Positions 60,834 through 64,000 of a DNA stretch of 64,000 nucleotides are shown in pieces. A program made the translations under genes and the position numbers. The stretch is from an uncultured Verrucomicrobiae bacterium (GTDB lineage Bacteria > Verrucomicrobiota > Verrucomicrobiia > Chthoniobacterales > JAFAMB01). Under the pieces are notes generated by a model. It worked only from the letters and a program-made list of their open reading frames with translations, had not been told where the DNA came from and did not search any database. Where the stretch lies: assembly GCA_963762565.1 (NCBI GenBank), contig CAVXLD010000005.1:32001-96000 (forward strand). Direction: 5' to 3'. The first letter of the stretch is position 1, and each line of letters begins with the position of its first letter.

Positions 60834-61373
60834 TCAAGGATGTTGCCCTAATGCCGCCATGATGACGATAAGAAGTACATTAACCAGGAAGCCGATCGTC
60901 CCGAGAACTAATCCGATCCAGGTTAACAGTTCTCCGGAGCGATCCATCTGGCCGCGAGACATTTTGGTTAGATCAACGATTCCCTGAATCAGAGCGACGA
61001 GCCCGAATATTCCGATAAAGAATCCCAGAATGCCAAAGACCAGAATCATTGTCCCGTGATGCCCAGCCGTAACCGGTGTCCCGGCGACTAAGGTTGCGTC
61101 CCTGGAAGTCAGCTCGTAACCGCTGGAGAACCAGCCCATCTTCATTTTGCATTCGATGTGCACGGTTTCACCCGGAGCAAAATCGATCGTGTTTTCAGCA
61201 CTAGGGTTGCCACCCAACCAGGCGGTCAGGACATGCTTGCCGGGCGGCACTTCGACGGTTGCGGTTTTACCGTTCGCAATCCTGGCTAGTTCGGCTCCGT
61301 CCATCGTAATGCGGGTTCCACGTGCCCATCCGATGACGTGGAATTTGTGGGCGATCTCAAGCTTTGCGTTCAC
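60834..61373 (-). CDS. Membrane protein with DUF4190-like C-terminus
   Basis: N-terminal small beta domain; GTMILVFGILG...DLTKMSRGQMD..G..LTWIGLVLG. Confidence 0.65.
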   Translation of the reverse strand: MNAKLEIAHKFHVIGWARGTRITMDGAELARIANGKTATVEVPPGKHVLTAWLGGNPSAENTIDFAPGETVHIECKMKMGWFSSGYELTSRDATLVAGTPVTAGHHGTMILVFGILGFFIGIFGLVALIQGIVDLTKMSRGQMDRSGELLTWIGLVLGTIGFLVNVLLIVIMAALGQHP

Positions 61374-61751
61374 GTGTCTTATTTGTAACGGGTACCGCGG
61401 GAGGGGGTTAAGGATCTTCGATTCGCGGGCGGGTTGGCGAGAAGATTTTTGGCCCGAAGGCAGTTTCTAGTTTAGGCCGAGACTGAGAAACGTCGGGCGT
61501 TTGCAGAGTGAGCAATGGACACGACATGGGGAGGGCACGCGTCCCCGCGCGCCGCGAACCGGCCGATAATTCTGGATCTAACCGATGCTCGATCGGGTCT
61601 GTCGTGTGCTTCGGGAACAACGGATCGCGAGGATCCGACGTCGCCAACATCTCGAAGAAAAGAGCCTGAAAGCAGAAGGCTATGTCGGACAGGCAGCGAT
61701 CCCTCCCAGAAGACGCAGCAGGACGACGAGGACGATTACGAAACCGAGCCT

Positions 61752-62162
61752 CTACCACCAGGGATTCCACGGGCCCCAGTAAGGTCCCCAATATGCTTGG
61801 TTGTAGAGAGTGGCGTCCTCGTTGATCTGGGCGGCTTGCAGTTGGCTGTCGGCAATCGACTTTTGCAAGCCTAGCTGCTTATACCTTTGATATTCAGCTT
61901 CGCCTCCAATGTAGGCCAGATGCTGTTGTTTATCGGCGTAGATGTAGAGAATCTTACCATGCCGTTCGTGGCGCTCCACCGTGTAGGGGGTCAGCCGGGC
62001 AAACATTGCCTCCTGCTGCGGAGTTGAAGGTGTCCGAGTCTTAAACCCGGCCGCGGAGAGCAACGATTCTTGACTTGCGGCATCCCAGCTGGCACAGCCG
62101 TCAAAAAGAGCGAGCAAAAGAAGAATAAAAACCGGAGCAATGATCAATTTGTGCTTGTTCAT
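61752..62162 (-). CDS. Putative lipoprotein
   Basis: Signal peptide ending FDGC; ESLLSAAGFK...YIGGEAEYQRY; W/P-rich tail. Confidence 0.7.
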   Translation of the reverse strand: MNKHKLIIAPVFILLLLALFDGCASWDAASQESLLSAAGFKTRTPSTPQQEAMFARLTPYTVERHERHGKILYIYADKQQHLAYIGGEAEYQRYKQLGLQKSIADSQLQAAQINEDATLYNQAYWGPYWGPWNPWW

Positions 62163-62247
62163 AAGACTCGAATTTTGGGGGAACAATTGGCTACTCAGTG
62201 GGTCGAGTAACGACTGGGATAGTAGCACATAACGGAAAGAAGCAGCA

Positions 62248-63669
62248 ATGATGCACTGGAGTTTTCTTTATCTTTGCAGTGAGTGGGCGGTCAGATTGAC
62301 CATGCTGCTTTATGTTCCGCAGCGCCGGAGCGCTTCCGCGGCGCGCACCTGGTTATTATTCATTTTTTTGCTTCCATGGCCCGGTCTCGCCATCTACGCG
62401 CTGGTCGGGCGGATCCGCGTTCCGGCTTTCCGGCGCAAACTGCAGAACCAAGCCGCCGAACAAATAAAGAAGGCTCAGGCGCAAATTGGAGCTCAGATAG
62501 TTGCCCAACCCGATCTTCCACCTCAACTCCGGATCATCCCCGAACAAGCTAAGAGGTTGGGGATGTTCGAGCCATTTGCCGGGAACGCATTCGAGTTTTT
62601 GCGGGATTACGAGGGTAGTATCGATCGCTTGATCCAGGACATCGATTCCGCCAAGAAACAAGTCCATCTCTTGACCTATATCTATCGAGCTGACCGGACT
62701 GGAAGAAAGGTTACCGACGCTCTCAAGCGAGCCGCTAAACGCGGGGTGGTTTGTCGAGTGCTATTAGATGCCGTCGGATCAGGCGCCGCACTCAAACAAT
62801 TCGGGTCTGAACTTCGCGCAGCCGGAGCTGAAGTGAGATCCATGTTACCGGTCGGTCTGTTTCGCCGGAAAGGGGAACGTTTTGATCTGCGAAACCATCG
62901 TAAAATCGCCATCATCGACGGAACCATCGGTTATCTCGGGTCACAGAACATTGCTGACCCCGACTTTGTTAAGAACTATTCCAACGAAGAACTCGTGGTC
63001 CGGATCACCGGTCCGGTAGTCTCACAACTGCAAGCGACTTTCTTAGGTGATCACTATTTGGAGACCGAAGAGGTATTGGATCGAAAAGAACTATTTCCTG
63101 ATCTTACGCCTACCGGAGACTCTGCCGCGCAATTGTTGCCCAGCGGACCTGGTTATGGCCAGGAGAACGGCCGCGAACTGATCATCTCAATGTTATACGA
63201 GGCTCGCCGGCGGGTCGTGATCACGACTCCTTACTTTATTCCGGACGAGCCGTTTCTTAATGCCATCTGTGCCGCCGGCCGGCGCGAGAACGTGCGGGTA
63301 CACCTAGTCGTCTCCAAGCACGCAAATCAATTGATCTCCCAGTTAGCACAGCGCTCCTATTATGACGATTTATTGGAAGCCGGAGTCGAGATTCATCTTT
63401 ATCGGACACATTTTCTGCACGCGAAACTAATGACGATCGACGACGAGATTGCCCTGGTTGGGTCGACGAACATGGATATCCGTTCGTTTGCGTTGAACGC
63501 GGAGATCAATCTCCTGATTTACGATCGCCGGGTGGCTGAGCGACTAAAAGTAGTGGAGGAGGATTATTTTCGAAACAGCGATCTACTCACTCTGGACCAA
63601 TGGGGGAAACGTTCAGTGTTAGAAAAAGTGGTCCAAAATACCGCGCGCCTGATGGACTCGTTTCTCTAA
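62248..63669 (+). CDS. cls: Cardiolipin synthase
   Basis: Two HKD motifs NHRKIAIIDG and LHAKLMTIDD; N-terminal TM hairpin. Confidence 0.93.
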   Translation: MMHWSFLYLCSEWAVRLTMLLYVPQRRSASAARTWLLFIFLLPWPGLAIYALVGRIRVPAFRRKLQNQAAEQIKKAQAQIGAQIVAQPDLPPQLRIIPEQAKRLGMFEPFAGNAFEFLRDYEGSIDRLIQDIDSAKKQVHLLTYIYRADRTGRKVTDALKRAAKRGVVCRVLLDAVGSGAALKQFGSELRAAGAEVRSMLPVGLFRRKGERFDLRNHRKIAIIDGTIGYLGSQNIADPDFVKNYSNEELVVRITGPVVSQLQATFLGDHYLETEEVLDRKELFPDLTPTGDSAAQLLPSGPGYGQENGRELIISMLYEARRRVVITTPYFIPDEPFLNAICAAGRRENVRVHLVVSKHANQLISQLAQRSYYDDLLEAGVEIHLYRTHFLHAKLMTIDDEIALVGSTNMDIRSFALNAEINLLIYDRRVAERLKVVEEDYFRNSDLLTLDQWGKRSVLEKVVQNTARLMDSFL

Positions 63670-63778
63670 AGTTATCAAACGCGCCGGGGCGGAAAGAAAA
63701 GACGGAACAACCGCAGCCCCGAAATTCTCCGGAGTGAAATGGACGCAGATATACACAGATAGGCGCGATGCGCCGCGT

Positions 63779-63999
63779 GGTAGGGCGAGGCTCCCGGAAG
63801 ACCGAAATTACTAAACAGAGAGATGTTGCTTGTCGGCGCTCTCTCGTTTTAGGGGTCGATACGCGCGCCGAGCCTGGCCCTGGAGCTGCCACGCCGAGGG
63901 TCCCGGCTCGGCGCGCGAATTGGCCTCGCAAACGAATGAGCTGCGGAACCTGTATCCCTTTGCGCTCACCTTCCGGTCTTTCGGGAGCCTCGCCCTACC
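63779..63999. repeat. MITE/REP-like element, family B
   Basis: ggtagggcgaggctccc...gggagcctcgccctacc inverted ends. Confidence 0.75.
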
Positions 64000-64000
64000 A

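Overview
Bacterial chromosomal window of mid-to-high GC. Gene content and repeat style suggest a soil Verrucomicrobiota/PVC-type genome (inference only). The left half (1-33 kb) is a rearranged accessory region. It contains: transaldolase; an intact IS4-family element carrying a divergent AbrB-like gene; a compact putative RiPP cluster (two Pro/Lys/Arg-rich precursor-like ORFs, a B12-type radical SAM peptide methyltransferase and a 2OG-Fe(II) oxygenase); a frameshifted DyP-peroxidase locus; an ECF sigma factor coupled to a frameshifted kinase-DUF4062-STAND-TM-TPR gene, with an intact kinase-less paralog nearby; a decayed ISL3 between two 425-bp direct repeats; a Kir channel, PepP and a sedolisin; and diverged remnant copies of tal, Kir and pepP. 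The right half (33-64 kb) is mostly intact metabolic genes: a LacI/ABC/GH116 sugar operon, RND efflux with an HxlR regulator, a cytochrome c-PQQ dehydrogenase fusion, a His-striped 18-aa repeat protein, two ACT paralogs, MgtC, GH94 and cardiolipin synthase. Intergenic DNA is full of heptamer tracts and nested palindromic repeats, and one such repeat sits in frame inside GH94. I found no rRNA, tRNA or CRISPR. The best candidate for an undescribed system is the Pro-rich RiPP cluster at 3680-6601. All alignments and counts were done by eye.
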